Sequence record: SRR20825010_6613
Reading direction: 5' to 3' (one strand)
DNA: 47,768 bases
In this document: in pieces, positions 18,959 to 29,393 of the stretch
Layout: each line of letters starts with the position of its first letter
Position numbering within the stretch: position 1 is the stretch's first letter
The notes under the pieces: model-generated
Databases searched by the model: none
Seen by the model: only the letters and a program-made list of their open reading frames with translations
Told to the model about the DNA's origin: nothing
Translations under genes and position numbers: made by a program

Positions 18959-19884
18959 TCGATAGATAGTTCCGTTTTTATGGATTTCAATATGCGATCT
19001 CCGCCCGAAGATAATACTTCTTCTGCAAGTTTTTGTCCTATTGATTCGGCATCTTTTAGCTTACCTATGAACACTTTACGGATCATTTCCTTTCCATCTA
19101 GACTCACTATTCCCCCTGTCATTTGCAGGCTATCGTCTTTGATTTGCGCCAAACCAAATACAGGGATTGAGCAGCCACCATCCATGGTTTTCAAAAATGA
19201 TCGCTCAGCCAGAAGACAAATCTCTGTAGGCTTATGATTGAGTGCTTTTCTCACTACGTCTTTTTTTGTTTTACTCAGTCCCTTGTGAACCTCTATGGCA
19301 ACAGAACCTTGACCAACAGCAGGGGTAAACTCTGTCAAACTCAGTTTCTGAGCAATCTTATCTTCATAACCCATTCGGTGTACCCCAGCATAAGCAAGCA
19401 ATAAAGCATTGCATACGCCTTCTTCCATTTTAGCTATTCGAGTTTGGAGATTTCCTCGCACTGGAACCGTTTTGATATGGGGGTAAAAGTGCTTTAACGT
19501 AGCAATTCTTCTGGTGGAAGAAGTGCCAATTATCAAATCTCTATTCTTGAGAGAAGCTTCTTTATTGTTGCTAATCAATACGTCATTGGCCAATTCTCTT
19601 TCCGAAAAAGAAATCAACTCAAAGCCATCAGGAAGGGAGGACTGCATATCCTTAGCACTGTGTACGGCAATATCAATCGTACCATTGGCCAACTGCTCTT
19701 CAATTTCCTCTGTAAAAACCCCTTTGCTTCCAATTTTTGAAATGGAAACATCTAAGATCTTATCCCCCTTGGTTTCTATGGTCACAATCTCGGTTTCTAC
19801 GCCAGCTTCCACCAGCTTATCCTCCACAAAGTAAGCTTGCCAAAGCGCCAGCTTACTTCCTCGCGTTCCTATTCTTATTTTCAT
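18955..19884 (-). CDS. hemC: Hydroxymethylbilane synthase
   Basis: IGTRGSKLALWQ, AVHSAKD, GTSSTRR, RGN, GGCSIP. Confidence 0.97.
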   Translation of the reverse strand: MKIRIGTRGSKLALWQAYFVEDKLVEAGVETEIVTIETKGDKILDVSISKIGSKGVFTEEIEEQLANGTIDIAVHSAKDMQSSLPDGFELISFSERELANDVLISNNKEASLKNRDLIIGTSSTRRIATLKHFYPHIKTVPVRGNLQTRIAKMEEGVCNALLLAYAGVHRMGYEDKIAQKLSLTEFTPAVGQGSVAIEVHKGLSKTKKDVVRKALNHKPTEICLLAERSFLKTMDGGCSIPVFGLAQIKDDSLQMTGGIVSLDGKEMIRKVFIGKLKDAESIGQKLAEEVLSSGGDRILKSIKTELSIE

Positions 19885-20792
19885 TAAGCGTTCAATTTTG
19901 CTTTCGGCCCTCTCTTCTTAGGCTGATTATTCTCAATAAATTCAACGATGGTTCCTGCAATATCAATTCCTGTAGCTTTTTCAATTCCTTCTAAACCTGG
20001 TGAAGAGTTTACCTCCAACACTAACGGTCCTCGTGAAGAAGGAAGCATGTCCACACCCGCTACAGAAAGTCCCATGGCGTTGGCTGCTTTAATGGCTACA
20101 GATTTTTCTAATCTAGAAAGTTTAATGACCTCTGCCGAACCTCCTCGGTGAAGGTTCGAACGGAATTCGCCTTCCATTCCTCTTCTACGCATGGCGCCTA
20201 CTACTTTTCCGTTGACCACGAAAACGCGTATATCTGTGGCTTTCGCCTCCTTAATAAATTCTTGTACTAAAATTCTGGCTTTGAGACCGTGAAAAGCCTC
20301 AATTACCGATTGCGCTGCTTTACGGGTTTCAGCTAAAACTACCCCCAAACCTTGGGTCCCTTCTAATAGCTTGATAATTACTGGTGCTCCACCAACATGC
20401 TCAATTAAAGATTTTTCTTCTTTGGAATAATTGGTGAAGGCAGTTCGAGGCATAGGCAAACCTGCTCCAGCTAAAATCTGCATCGATCTCAATTTGTCTC
20501 TAGAACGAACTATGGCTTGAGAGTCGGTGGTACTAAAAACACCCATCATTTCAAACTGACGAACAGTGGCGGTTCCATAAAAAGTAACGGAAGCCCCAAT
20601 TCTAGGAATTACAGCATCGATCCCCTCCACCTTTTCACCCATGTAATACACAGCCGGGCCAACATCTTCGATAACAAGGTCACACTTTAAGTGATCAAGT
20701 GTGACGGCTTCATGCCCCCTGGTTTCAATCGCTTCTACCAGCCGTCTTGTACTATAGAGGGCTGAGTTTCGAGAGAGCACTGCAATCTTCAT
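19884..20792 (-). CDS. rimK: RimK alpha-L-glutamate ligase (ATP-grasp)
   Basis: [38 protein letters not shown]. Confidence 0.95.
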   Translation of the reverse strand: MKIAVLSRNSALYSTRRLVEAIETRGHEAVTLDHLKCDLVIEDVGPAVYYMGEKVEGIDAVIPRIGASVTFYGTATVRQFEMMGVFSTTDSQAIVRSRDKLRSMQILAGAGLPMPRTAFTNYSKEEKSLIEHVGGAPVIIKLLEGTQGLGVVLAETRKAAQSVIEAFHGLKARILVQEFIKEAKATDIRVFVVNGKVVGAMRRRGMEGEFRSNLHRGGSAEVIKLSRLEKSVAIKAANAMGLSVAGVDMLPSSRGPLVLEVNSSPGLEGIEKATGIDIAGTIVEFIENNQPKKRGPKAKLNA

Positions 20793-20809
20793 TTTTTCTA
20801 AATTTTAAG

Positions 20810-21277
20810 TTATTCGGCACTATTGGCCTTGATACTTTTGTGTGTAAGAAGAAGCGAAAGGTCCTTTTTACTTACGTCCACAATAAAACGATTCGTGAGC
20901 ATCTTTCGCCCTAATAGTATAGGGAATTTCATCTTGCTGCGGTCCGATAAAGAGAACTCCGCATTAATGCGTCTTCTCATTAATACCACCGATGTTTTAA
21001 TGATAAATCGCTCTTCGGTTACTCCGTTCGAGCTTCGTATTTTCTTCTTCTTAAAGTTTGTGGTCGAAAACTTTCTCGCCTTCTTTTCATGAATTTTATT
21101 GGCCGACAGTTGAAAGGTAAGTGTAGGCACACCATCTACCTTGGTAAGTTTCACCTTAGAACAATTAATAGATGATGTATAAGCACCAGTATCAATTTTG
21201 GCCTCCACATCTTTTAGTCCAAATTCTGGCAGATGGATAAAATCTTGCCTTCCAATAAGCTGTAACGGTTTCGACAT
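20810..21277 (-). CDS. RimK-associated retropepsin-like protease (RimB-like)
   Basis: AKIDTGA, IRSSNG..EER, LSDRSKM.FPILLGR; directly upstream of rimK. Confidence 0.85.
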   Translation of the reverse strand: MSKPLQLIGRQDFIHLPEFGLKDVEAKIDTGAYTSSINCSKVKLTKVDGVPTLTFQLSANKIHEKKARKFSTTNFKKKKIRSSNGVTEERFIIKTSVVLMRRRINAEFSLSDRSKMKFPILLGRKMLTNRFIVDVSKKDLSLLLTHKSIKANSAE

Positions 21278-21278
21278 C

Positions 21279-22409
21279 CTACTTTTTAGAACGTGCAATT
21301 TGGGCAATCGCTAGAGATAAATCAAGGAAGAGAATTTTTGGGTTGGCATTTCGCTCTATATGATAACTTGCTTCTTCAATTTTCGGAACCGCCTCTGCAA
21401 TTTTTTCAGCATTAAACACTTTTCCAAAATTGGCTACAAAGCCTTTTTCAGCATCGGGAATCCGCTCAAGTTCGGTCACCTCATACTGATGAATCAGTGT
21501 ATCGCGCATCACCTTACTTCCTGTATTGAGCAGCCCTTTCTGAAACTCTTTTCCTCCACTCTGAAATTCATCGGCCATTTTCACCAAAGCCTGAAAATCA
21601 AAAGTAAAGCAAAGACGCATCCACTGCTTAAACTGAACTCCCATGGCATCTTGACCACCTTGAACCAAGTGTAATCCTTCGCGCATATTGCCTTCGGCCA
21701 AATAGGTGATTTCCTGAGCACGTTCGGCACTAAGGCCATCTATCTTACTCACAGTTGAAAGTATATTCTCATCTGTAAAAGAAGGAATTTTCATTAACTG
21801 GACCCTTGAACGAATGGTGGTGAGCAACTTATTCTCATCATTCGACACCATTAAGAAAATGGTTTTTTCTGGTGGCTCTTCTAATACTTTTAGGATTCCA
21901 TTGGCCGCATTGCCGTTCATTAGCTCAGGCAACCAAATGAGCATTACCTTATACTTGCCCTCAAAAGCCTTGAGCGAAAGGTTCGTAATAATATTTCGGC
22001 TTTCCTGTCGCGGAATAATCAACTGCTTGTTTTCCCAACCGAAGTGAAAGCTCCAATCGCTTACATTTCCGTAAGGTGACTTTAAGAGGTAATCCCTCCA
22101 CTCTTTCAGAAATTTATCACTGGTAGCGTCTTCCCTTTTTATCTTAGGGGTTGCCGCAGTTGGGAACACAAAATGAACATCGGGATGGATGTGTTTCGCC
22201 TGTTTTGTACAGGAAGAGCATTCTCCACAGGCGTCACCCTCCTGCTTATTAAGGCAATTTAAATAGTTCGCAAAAGCAAGGGCCATAGGCAAATTGGCCG
22301 ACCCTTCAGCCCCCAAAAAGAGCTGTGCATGCGCCACATGATCTGCCTTAACGGCCTCAATGAGCTTGTTTTTAACTTCTTCTAAACCTGGTATGTCTTG
22401 AAAACGCAT
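21279..22409 (-). CDS. holB: DNA polymerase III delta' subunit
   Basis: HAQLF, CGECSSC, HPDVH, AANGILKVLEEPP, TIRSR. Confidence 0.92.
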   Translation of the reverse strand: MRFQDIPGLEEVKNKLIEAVKADHVAHAQLFLGAEGSANLPMALAFANYLNCLNKQEGDACGECSSCTKQAKHIHPDVHFVFPTAATPKIKREDATSDKFLKEWRDYLLKSPYGNVSDWSFHFGWENKQLIIPRQESRNIITNLSLKAFEGKYKVMLIWLPELMNGNAANGILKVLEEPPEKTIFLMVSNDENKLLTTIRSRVQLMKIPSFTDENILSTVSKIDGLSAERAQEITYLAEGNMREGLHLVQGGQDAMGVQFKQWMRLCFTFDFQALVKMADEFQSGGKEFQKGLLNTGSKVMRDTLIHQYEVTELERIPDAEKGFVANFGKVFNAEKIAEAVPKIEEASYHIERNANPKILFLDLSLAIAQIARSKK

Positions 22410-22411
22410 GT

Positions 22412-23566
22412 TTATTTTTTATCCCAAGTTCTATATTGAGCGGTAATTTCAAAAATTCGGTCGATGATCTCCTTTTCTATATCATCAAAAGTCATCCCTC
22501 TGCGCTGCATTACTGCTTCGGCTACTTCGTAAAACTTTCTAGGTTGGAAGGTAATTAAACCCGAAGACCCACCCCAAGAGAAAGAAGGAATAAAGTTCTT
22601 TGGAAAGCCAGCACCAAAAACATTGGCACCAACGCCCACTACCGTGCCGGTATTGAACATGGTATTGATACCACATTTGGCGTGATCTCCCATCATCAAA
22701 CCGCAGAATTGTAAGCCTGTTTGCACAAAACGTTCGCTGGTATAATTCCAGAGCTTAACAGGCGCGTAATTATTTTTTAGGTTTGAAGTGTTCGTATCGG
22801 CACCTAGGTTACACCATTCGCCAATCACGGAATTCCCCAAAAAGCCATCGTGCCCTTTGTTCGTGAACCCAAAAACAACCGAGTTACTTACTTCGCCACC
22901 CACTTTAGAATAAGGCCCAACAGTACTATCGCCTTTAATCTTCGCCCCCATATTTACATGCGATCCTTCACACAAAGCAAAGGCTCCGCTAATAATGGCG
23001 CCTTCATGGACTTGCGCATTCTTGCCTATATACACTGGGCCGTTTTCAGCATTAATAATGGCTGCACGAATAGAGGCCCCTTCTTCCAAAAACACATTTT
23101 CTTTACCATAAACCACCGTGTGTGGATCGGTGATAGGCTGAGAAGTTCGGCCTGCAGTGATTAGCGCAAAATCAGCTTCAATTTGTTCTTTATTGAATTG
23201 AAAGATCTCCCAAGGCTGGTTGATCATTCTAAATGCGCCTTCAAAATTCACCTTTCCCGTTCCATTTCCAGAAACAGCCAAAACCGTGTTTTCAGATATT
23301 AATTGAGTATCGACAGCTAATGTCAAAATCGCCTCGGATAATTCTTTTGATGGACACAATGCTCCATTCACTTTTACGTTTGTTCGCAAGGCTTGGAACT
23401 TCTTTCCCAAATACTCTTGGGTTTCGAAGCCGATGTGAAAGCCATATTTCTCCCATTTTTCGGCAATGGTAAGAATCCCTATGCGAATGCAGGCCACTGG
23501 TCGGGTAAAAGTAAAGGGGAGAAGATTCTCCCTGATTTGGGGCGGATCGAAAAGATTGATGTGCAT
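22412..23566 (-). CDS. GlmU-family sugar nucleotidyltransferase / hexapeptide-repeat protein
   Basis: LLPFTFTRPVA.IRIGILTI N-terminus and left-handed beta-helix repeats; -7 element TATTTTTG at 23571-23578. Confidence 0.8.
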   Translation of the reverse strand: MHINLFDPPQIRENLLPFTFTRPVACIRIGILTIAEKWEKYGFHIGFETQEYLGKKFQALRTNVKVNGALCPSKELSEAILTLAVDTQLISENTVLAVSGNGTGKVNFEGAFRMINQPWEIFQFNKEQIEADFALITAGRTSQPITDPHTVVYGKENVFLEEGASIRAAIINAENGPVYIGKNAQVHEGAIISGAFALCEGSHVNMGAKIKGDSTVGPYSKVGGEVSNSVVFGFTNKGHDGFLGNSVIGEWCNLGADTNTSNLKNNYAPVKLWNYTSERFVQTGLQFCGLMMGDHAKCGINTMFNTGTVVGVGANVFGAGFPKNFIPSFSWGGSSGLITFQPRKFYEVAEAVMQRRGMTFDDIEKEIIDRIFEITAQYRTWDKK

Positions 23567-23651
23567 GTAGCAAAAATATAAAAGGCTTTCGATTAAGTAT
23601 CAATTCTGTGATTATATCTCACGATTACCAAGAATTTGGAAATTAAAATTA

Positions 23652-23690
23652 TTACTCTACATTTGTAGAGTAAACTCTAAATACGTAGAG
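23652..23690 (+). promoter_or_regulatory. Tandem BlaI/MecI/CopY-type operator overlapping the -7 promoter
   Basis: Perfect palindrome TTACTCTACA-TT-TGTAGAGTAA containing TACAnnTGTA and TACATTTG; degenerate copy CTCTAAATACGTAGAG. Confidence 0.85.
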
Positions 23691-23691
23691 C

Positions 23692-24060
23692 ATGAATTTA
23701 TCTAAAAGCGAAGAACAACTCATGAATTATTTGTGGAAGCTGAAAAAGGCGTTCATGAAAGATTTACTCACCGAGTTTCCAGAACCAAAACCCGCCACCA
23801 CTACTGTGGCAACGCTATTAAAAAGAATGAAAGACAAGGGCTTTGTGGATTACAAGCTCTTCGGAAACTCACGGGAATACTACCCTTTGGTACGCAAAAG
23901 CGAATATTTTTCGCAGCACCTCAAAGGGTTTATCAAAGACTTCTTTAATGACTCGAGTACTCAGTTTGCCTCGTTTTTCACCAACGAAACTGATTTAACG
24001 ACAGAGGAATTAGAAGACCTTAAAAAGGTGATTGACGAACAAATAAAGAAGAAACAATGA
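23692..24060 (+). CDS. BlaI/MecI/CopY family repressor
   Basis: LSKSEEQLMNYLW, TTVATLLKRM..KGFV; coupled to an M56 gene. Confidence 0.93.
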   Translation: MNLSKSEEQLMNYLWKLKKAFMKDLLTEFPEPKPATTTVATLLKRMKDKGFVDYKLFGNSREYYPLVRKSEYFSQHLKGFIKDFFNDSSTQFASFFTNETDLTTEELEDLKKVIDEQIKKKQ

Positions 24061-26084
24061 TCACAGGCTTATTCGAAATCTTCTTGTGCTTATTAGTGCT
24101 CTTCGGTATTTATAAGCTGGTTTTAGAGCAAACAGCGCTACACCGAGTGAAAAGGTTTTACCTTCTCTTCGCTTTGCTTTTCTCACTGACCACGCCTTGG
24201 CTTAACCTAGAGATAGCCTCCGACAAAATCATAATTCCAACTGGAGAAATGATTTCGGAGACGATTTATAGCGCGGTAACCAATGATGAAGCAGTAACTG
24301 AAGAAACCACTAGCACATCGCTATTATTAATAGAATCAAAACCTAAATCAAGCATCAGCCATGCGGCCTGGGTAGTTGGTGGGCTCTATTTTACAATTGC
24401 ATTAATTCTTGTCGTCCGGTACGGTAGAAATATCTACAGGCTTTTTCTTAAGGCGAAACAGAACACTCGAGTTCCTTATAAATCGGCTGAAGTGGTGCTT
24501 CTTCGGCAGCCTACCATTCCTCATAACTTCTTGAAATTCATTTTCATGCATAATGAAGACTATAAAAAGGAGGCATTGAGGGAACAGCTTTTAGCACACG
24601 AACTTGGTCACGCGCAACAGCGACATTCTTTAGATATTCTTTTGGTCGAGTTACTTCAAGTGCTCTTCTGGTTCAACCCAATGTATTATTTCTATGCCAA
24701 GGCCATTCGGCTGAACCACGAGTATTTAGCAGACGCGATGGTACTTGGCAAGTTCAACGACATCGCAACTTATCAGCGCCTACTGCTCAAGTTTGCTAAC
24801 CGCAATCATAGCACAGAAATGAGCTTAGCATGCCGTTCAAATTATTCATTAACAAAAAAAAGATTCAAAATGATGACACAACAAACCTCTAAAATAGCTG
24901 TTCTGGTACGTGCAACTATTTTGCTGCCGCTCTTGGCAATCACCACGCTTTGCTTCAGTTTAAAAATGAAGGCCGAAGCCATTATCGGTACAAATGCAAG
25001 CGAGCTTATTTCCACTATTGAAAACTCTATTTTTCAAGAGAACAAGCCCGACATACTACCATTGGCCGAAACCGATATTTCTAGATTCACCTCAGGTCAT
25101 GGTATGCGCACAGACCCTATAACTAAAAAAGCCAAAATGCACTTCGGTGTTGACTTCGCAGCAAAAACAGGGGTGCCAGTAATTGCTACAGCCTCGGGAA
25201 CAGTAGAAAAGGTCGAATCTCTGTCAGGCGGTTATGGCAAATACATTCAAATTAAGCATGACGACCAATACCAAACCCTTTATGCGCAGCTCAGTGAAAT
25301 GGATGTTCAGGTGGGTGATAAGGTAGAAAAAGGACAACTGATAGGAAAAGTAGGCAACACGGGGATGAGCACAGGCCCACACCTCCACTACGAAGTTATT
25401 AAAGATGGCAAGAGGGTTGATCCGCAAGATTACTTTACAATAACTCGTCCAGCTCCGCCTACTAAAAAAGCCCAAAACAGTTCAAGCAAACCGGCACCGC
25501 CCACGAAAGCTCAAAACAACACAAACAGGCCCGCGCCTCCTAGAATAATAGAAAACGGAAAGATAACAGACCCAAAGAACGCTGCACTATACGACCTAGA
25601 AGAACGAAACTTTGCTGTAAATTTTGGAAATGGGTTCAAATATGAAGGAGTCATTTATGATGATAACAAAGTCGTTTTCTTAAGGAAGAATGAGGAACCA
25701 ATCATTAAGAATATGGATGACTTATCGGCTGAGCAAGTAGAAGAGTTAAAATCCCTGACTTTACCATCTCCCCCTCCCCCTTACCGTGGAAGACTTCAAC
25801 TCCCACAAGAAATTGTAGACAATTGGAGTGACCCTACCATGTACGGAGTTTGGATTGACAACAAAAAAGTAGACAATTCTATAATGAGTAATTACAAGGC
25901 CTCTGATTTTGCCAACTACTTTAAAAGCTTTTTACACCCAAATGCCAAAAAAGGAAAAATCTATAGCTATCAGCTTGACCTTACCACCAATGAGAAATAC
26001 GAAAAGGATAAAATTAGATCAGCAGCACAGTATACTGAATGGAAAAAAACAACCAATGCCTCTCTCGCTAAGCTAGATTTCTAG
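24057..26084 (+). CDS. BlaR1-like peptidase M56 fused to an M23 domain and a C-terminal domain
   Basis: HELGH, FWFNP, EYLAD (M56); HFGVD and STGPHLHYEV (M23). Confidence 0.9.
   Translation: MITGLFEIFLCLLVLFGIYKLVLEQTALHRVKRFYLLFALLFSLTTPWLNLEIASDKIIIPTGEMISETIYSAVTNDEAVTEETTSTSLLLIESKPKSSISHAAWVVGGLYFTIALILVVRYGRNIYRLFLKAKQNTRVPYKSAEVVLLRQPTIPHNFLKFIFMHNEDYKKEALREQLLAHELGHAQQRHSLDILLVELLQVLFWFNPMYYFYAKAIRLNHEYLADAMVLGKFNDIATYQRLLLKFANRNHSTEMSLACRSNYSLTKKRFKMMTQQTSKIAVLVRATILLPLLAITTLCFSLKMKAEAIIGTNASELISTIENSIFQENKPDILPLAETDISRFTSGHGMRTDPITKKAKMHFGVDFAAKTGVPVIATASGTVEKVESLSGGYGKYIQIKHDDQYQTLYAQLSEMDVQVGDKVEKGQLIGKVGNTGMSTGPHLHYEVIKDGKRVDPQDYFTITRPAPPTKKAQNSSSKPAPPTKAQNNTNRPAPPRIIENGKITDPKNAALYDLEERNFAVNFGNGFKYEGVIYDDNKVVFLRKNEEPIIKNMDDLSAEQVEELKSLTLPSPPPPYRGRLQLPQEIVDNWSDPTMYGVWIDNKKVDNSIMSNYKASDFANYFKSFLHPNAKKGKIYSYQLDLTTNEKYEKDKIRSAAQYTEWKKTTNASLAKLDF
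25446..25543 (+). repeat. Three PAPP linker repeats inside the M56-M23 gene
   Basis: RPAPPTKKAQNSSS-KPAPPTKAQNNTN-RPAPPR. Confidence 0.8.
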
Positions 26085-26110
26085 AAAAGCCTTAAAAGCT
26101 CAAATGCACA

Positions 26111-26146
26111 ACACAAAAAGCCCCGATAAATCGGGGCTTTTTGTGT
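26111..26146. terminator. Bidirectional terminator
   Basis: ACACAAAAAGCCCCGAT-AA-ATCGGGGCTTTTTGTGT between convergent genes. Confidence 0.9.
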
Positions 26147-26147
26147 G

Positions 26148-29100
26148 CTAAAAATCTCCAATCATTACTTTTATGGAATAAGCGCCTCTTTTGGAAGATG
26201 ATATATGTAAAACATATACACCACTTACCAAGTTGGGCTTATTCACCTCCACTTCATTTCCATTAAAATTTTTAACAGACCAGTGTGACTTCCCATCCAC
26301 ATCAATTAAGTTCAATTGATGTTTTTCATTCAACGGATTAGGAAATTTGACTTTAAATATTCCTTTTGACGGGTTCGGGTAGATAAGTACAAGTTCATTT
26401 CTCAATAGCCCATCATCCAAAATAGATGTAGCCGCCACTGGCTCCGAAACTACAGAACAGCCTTCGCCTGTGGTCACGCGAACAGTATAATTACCGTCAT
26501 CCGACACCTGCAATGTGCGGTTGGTTTCTCCTGCCAATTCCACACCATCTTTAAGCCATTGATATGTCGCCCCATCGGGTGCAGTAAGCATACTTCCTTC
26601 TACCGTTATTTGTGTTCCTGGTAATTCATTCACAACAAATTCAAAAGGCTTTGATGTATTTGCACAGACACCATTATCAATCACTTTCACAGAATACATG
26701 CCGGCATCACTGGCCTCGTAAGTTTGAGAATCAGCACCAGCAATAGCCTCTTCGTTTAGAAACCATTGATATTGATCAAAGCCTGCGCCAGCATCCAACA
26801 AAGTTAGACCTTCACCACAAACCGAGCTATTACCGGAAATAACTAAGTCATTATTACACGATTTATACTCTCCTTTTCCAGACAATTCAATAACATAATC
26901 TCCCAAACTGGTTTGAATGGTTAAGCCACCATCATAGTCGTTTTCATCCAACGGATTAAAATCTACTAAAATTTCACTGCTCTGACCTACAGCGATTTGA
27001 CTTGGAGGGTTGGAAACTGAAAACACATTATTGTCAGTACTAAACCCAGTTATGGTTAATGGTGCATTTCCATAATTAGTCATGCTAAATTTCGCAATTC
27101 CCAACTCAGTAACTTTCACTGTGTCAAAATCTAACTTTTCTATAAGTGGGCGCATCAGCGCTTCATTAGTTAACTGCATCTTAAAAACGCCTCTACCTTC
27201 AGACGCAGCATAAACGAATTTACCATCACTGGAAAATTCTATATCTCTCAATATTCTAGTTTCAAGCCCTGTATTGGTTAGATTCCAGGAGGCACCTCCA
27301 TCTAAGGAAAGATAGACTCCAGACCACCAGTCTGCAGCCATTATAATATTGGCATCTAAAGGGTGAACCGCCAATGCTCCAAACAAACTATTTACTTCAT
27401 CAATAGCCACAGTCATTGGTGGGCTAAAGGCTTGAGACCAATTAGCTCCTCCATCAACGGTTTTCCAAAGCCCGTAAAACCTTGTGCCAACATGGATTAT
27501 GTTCGGATCTTGTTTTGATATATCCAAGCTATATAAATTTCTCTCAGGCAGATTGTTTGTAATCTCGAGCCAATTACTACCACCGTCTGAAGACTTAAAT
27601 ATTCCCCCTGAACGTAAGGTTATAAATACCTTGTTTTCATCATTCGGATCAACTCGAATTTGCGTCACATTAAGCTTCCCTCCCAAACCATTGTTAATCA
27701 CCTCCCAAGTGCCCGCTTTACCTCCTTCAGTAGATTTAACCATTCCATAACTGCTCTGAAAATCACCTTGAAATCCATCGTAGCCAGCGCCTCCGGATAC
27801 AATTGTGGAGTTACTTTCAGAAACTGCGGGGCCAGAGTCTATCCCCTGATAAGCAAAGCCGGCATAAACCACACTGGGTTTTGAAGGAGCAAAAACGATT
27901 TTCCTTGCACCATTTCGATCTTCCACATCCAGTGGATCAACTGATGATGGGTGGCGATAAACCATTTCCCAACTTTGTCCTCTATCCTTAGACTCAATTA
28001 TAGTGGCTTGATGCTCATCAGAAACAAACAAATGCTTATCATCAGACGGATCAATCACAATGTCATACCATTCAGGGAAATCAGCTGCTCCGAATTGAAC
28101 CCCTTTCCAGAAGGCACCACCATCGGAAGAAACGAATGGCCCACTCCTTCCTATTGAAGCTACTACGCTATGATCTTGGCGGCTAACACTGATACTGTGC
28201 ATCTGAGCTCCCGTGTAACCATTACTTAGAGATGCCCATGTAACGCCTGCATCAATACTTTTAAAAACTCCTCCTCCATAGTTATTAATAAAGAGAGTGT
28301 TAGGGTCATCAGCGTCTACGGTCATTTCAATCGGGACTCCAGCAACTATACCTGAAGGCCCCCAAGAGCGGCCAACCTCAGTTTGTTGTTTCCATGTTTC
28401 TCCCGAATCTTCACTTCTCATAATTACGGCCTCGTTTGCTGCATAAACAATAGTTGGGTTTGATGCGCTAAATTGAATGGCAGTGAATTTCCCAAGTGGC
28501 TGTCCGTCACTATTATTAAGCAGTTTAGCCTGCCAGGTACTTCCACCATCAATGGTTTTATAAATACCTCCCCTTTGTCCCTTAAGGAGTTCCGCATTGT
28601 TACCCGTTCCTACTATGATCTTATTTAGGTCTGAAGGGTCTGCGTGCATTCCACCAACAAATAGGCTCGACATTCCCTGATTGGAGTTTGTCCAAGACGC
28701 ACCATTATCATTACTTATTACAATACCGTCACCGGTAGTGTTGAAGGCTTCTCGATCAAAAATACCTGTTGCCAGAACCAATCTCGTTGGATTTACATTT
28801 GAAGGAACTGCCTCCAGCCATCTGGCCAAACTATTTCCTTCCCATGCTTTTGTCCAATTCGCACCCCCATCTATACTCTTATACAAAATTCCTTTCACCT
28901 TAGAGAATTCATCCCCTCGAACAGCTACATCGTACTCGCAACTCATGAAAACGGTTTTAATGTTATCAATCTTTACGATCGTGAAATTTCTTATTGTTAA
29001 GCCCTCATCTTCAGCAATGCCGCTCACCTTAGAGTCATAGGTCGCTCCTGTATCTGTTGATTTATAGACACCACGGCCACCTTGTGTACCCACCCAGATT

Positions 29101-29393
29101 TCGTTAGGGTCAAATGGGTCAATTGTTAGTGAAAAAACGGGGATTGCATCACCGGTCTGCCCTGTTCGCATATCAATCCCATTATTTGATGATACCCAAG
29201 AAGCGCCTCCGTCTACAGATTTATTTACGCCACTAAAAACGTCAGTCACAAACATGACATTTTTATTCACTGGATGGATTCGAACATTATAGCCAAGACC
29301 ACCAATTGGACCACCAGTTTTTTCCCAAGGATTTTGGGCGTTTAATAAATTGGAAAACAATAAGCTGATCAATAGATAGCTAAAAAATCGCAT
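26148..29393 (-). CDS. T9SS-secreted BNR/Asp-box beta-propeller protein with Ig-like domains
   Basis: Signal peptide; many (S/T)xDxGxxW boxes; TNYGNAPLTI Ig-like domain; YQW domains; IYPNPSKG...GVYVL type A CTD. Confidence 0.88.
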   Translation of the reverse strand: MRFFSYLLISLLFSNLLNAQNPWEKTGGPIGGLGYNVRIHPVNKNVMFVTDVFSGVNKSVDGGASWVSSNNGIDMRTGQTGDAIPVFSLTIDPFDPNEIWVGTQGGRGVYKSTDTGATYDSKVSGIAEDEGLTIRNFTIVKIDNIKTVFMSCEYDVAVRGDEFSKVKGILYKSIDGGANWTKAWEGNSLARWLEAVPSNVNPTRLVLATGIFDREAFNTTGDGIVISNDNGASWTNSNQGMSSLFVGGMHADPSDLNKIIVGTGNNAELLKGQRGGIYKTIDGGSTWQAKLLNNSDGQPLGKFTAIQFSASNPTIVYAANEAVIMRSEDSGETWKQQTEVGRSWGPSGIVAGVPIEMTVDADDPNTLFINNYGGGVFKSIDAGVTWASLSNGYTGAQMHSISVSRQDHSVVASIGRSGPFVSSDGGAFWKGVQFGAADFPEWYDIVIDPSDDKHLFVSDEHQATIIESKDRGQSWEMVYRHPSSVDPLDVEDRNGARKIVFAPSKPSVVYAGFAYQGIDSGPAVSESNSTIVSGGAGYDGFQGDFQSSYGMVKSTEGGKAGTWEVINNGLGGKLNVTQIRVDPNDENKVFITLRSGGIFKSSDGGSNWLEITNNLPERNLYSLDISKQDPNIIHVGTRFYGLWKTVDGGANWSQAFSPPMTVAIDEVNSLFGALAVHPLDANIIMAADWWSGVYLSLDGGASWNLTNTGLETRILRDIEFSSDGKFVYAASEGRGVFKMQLTNEALMRPLIEKLDFDTVKVTELGIAKFSMTNYGNAPLTITGFSTDNNVFSVSNPPSQIAVGQSSEILVDFNPLDENDYDGGLTIQTSLGDYVIELSGKGEYKSCNNDLVISGNSSVCGEGLTLLDAGAGFDQYQWFLNEEAIAGADSQTYEASDAGMYSVKVIDNGVCANTSKPFEFVVNELPGTQITVEGSMLTAPDGATYQWLKDGVELAGETNRTLQVSDDGNYTVRVTTGEGCSVVSEPVAATSILDDGLLRNELVLIYPNPSKGIFKVKFPNPLNEKHQLNLIDVDGKSHWSVKNFNGNEVEVNKPNLVSGVYVLHISSSKRGAYSIKVMIGDF

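Noticed and set aside
27280-29230. Recurring DGGxxW-encoding sequences as a DNA repeat element
   Set aside because: Explained by Asp-box protein repeats
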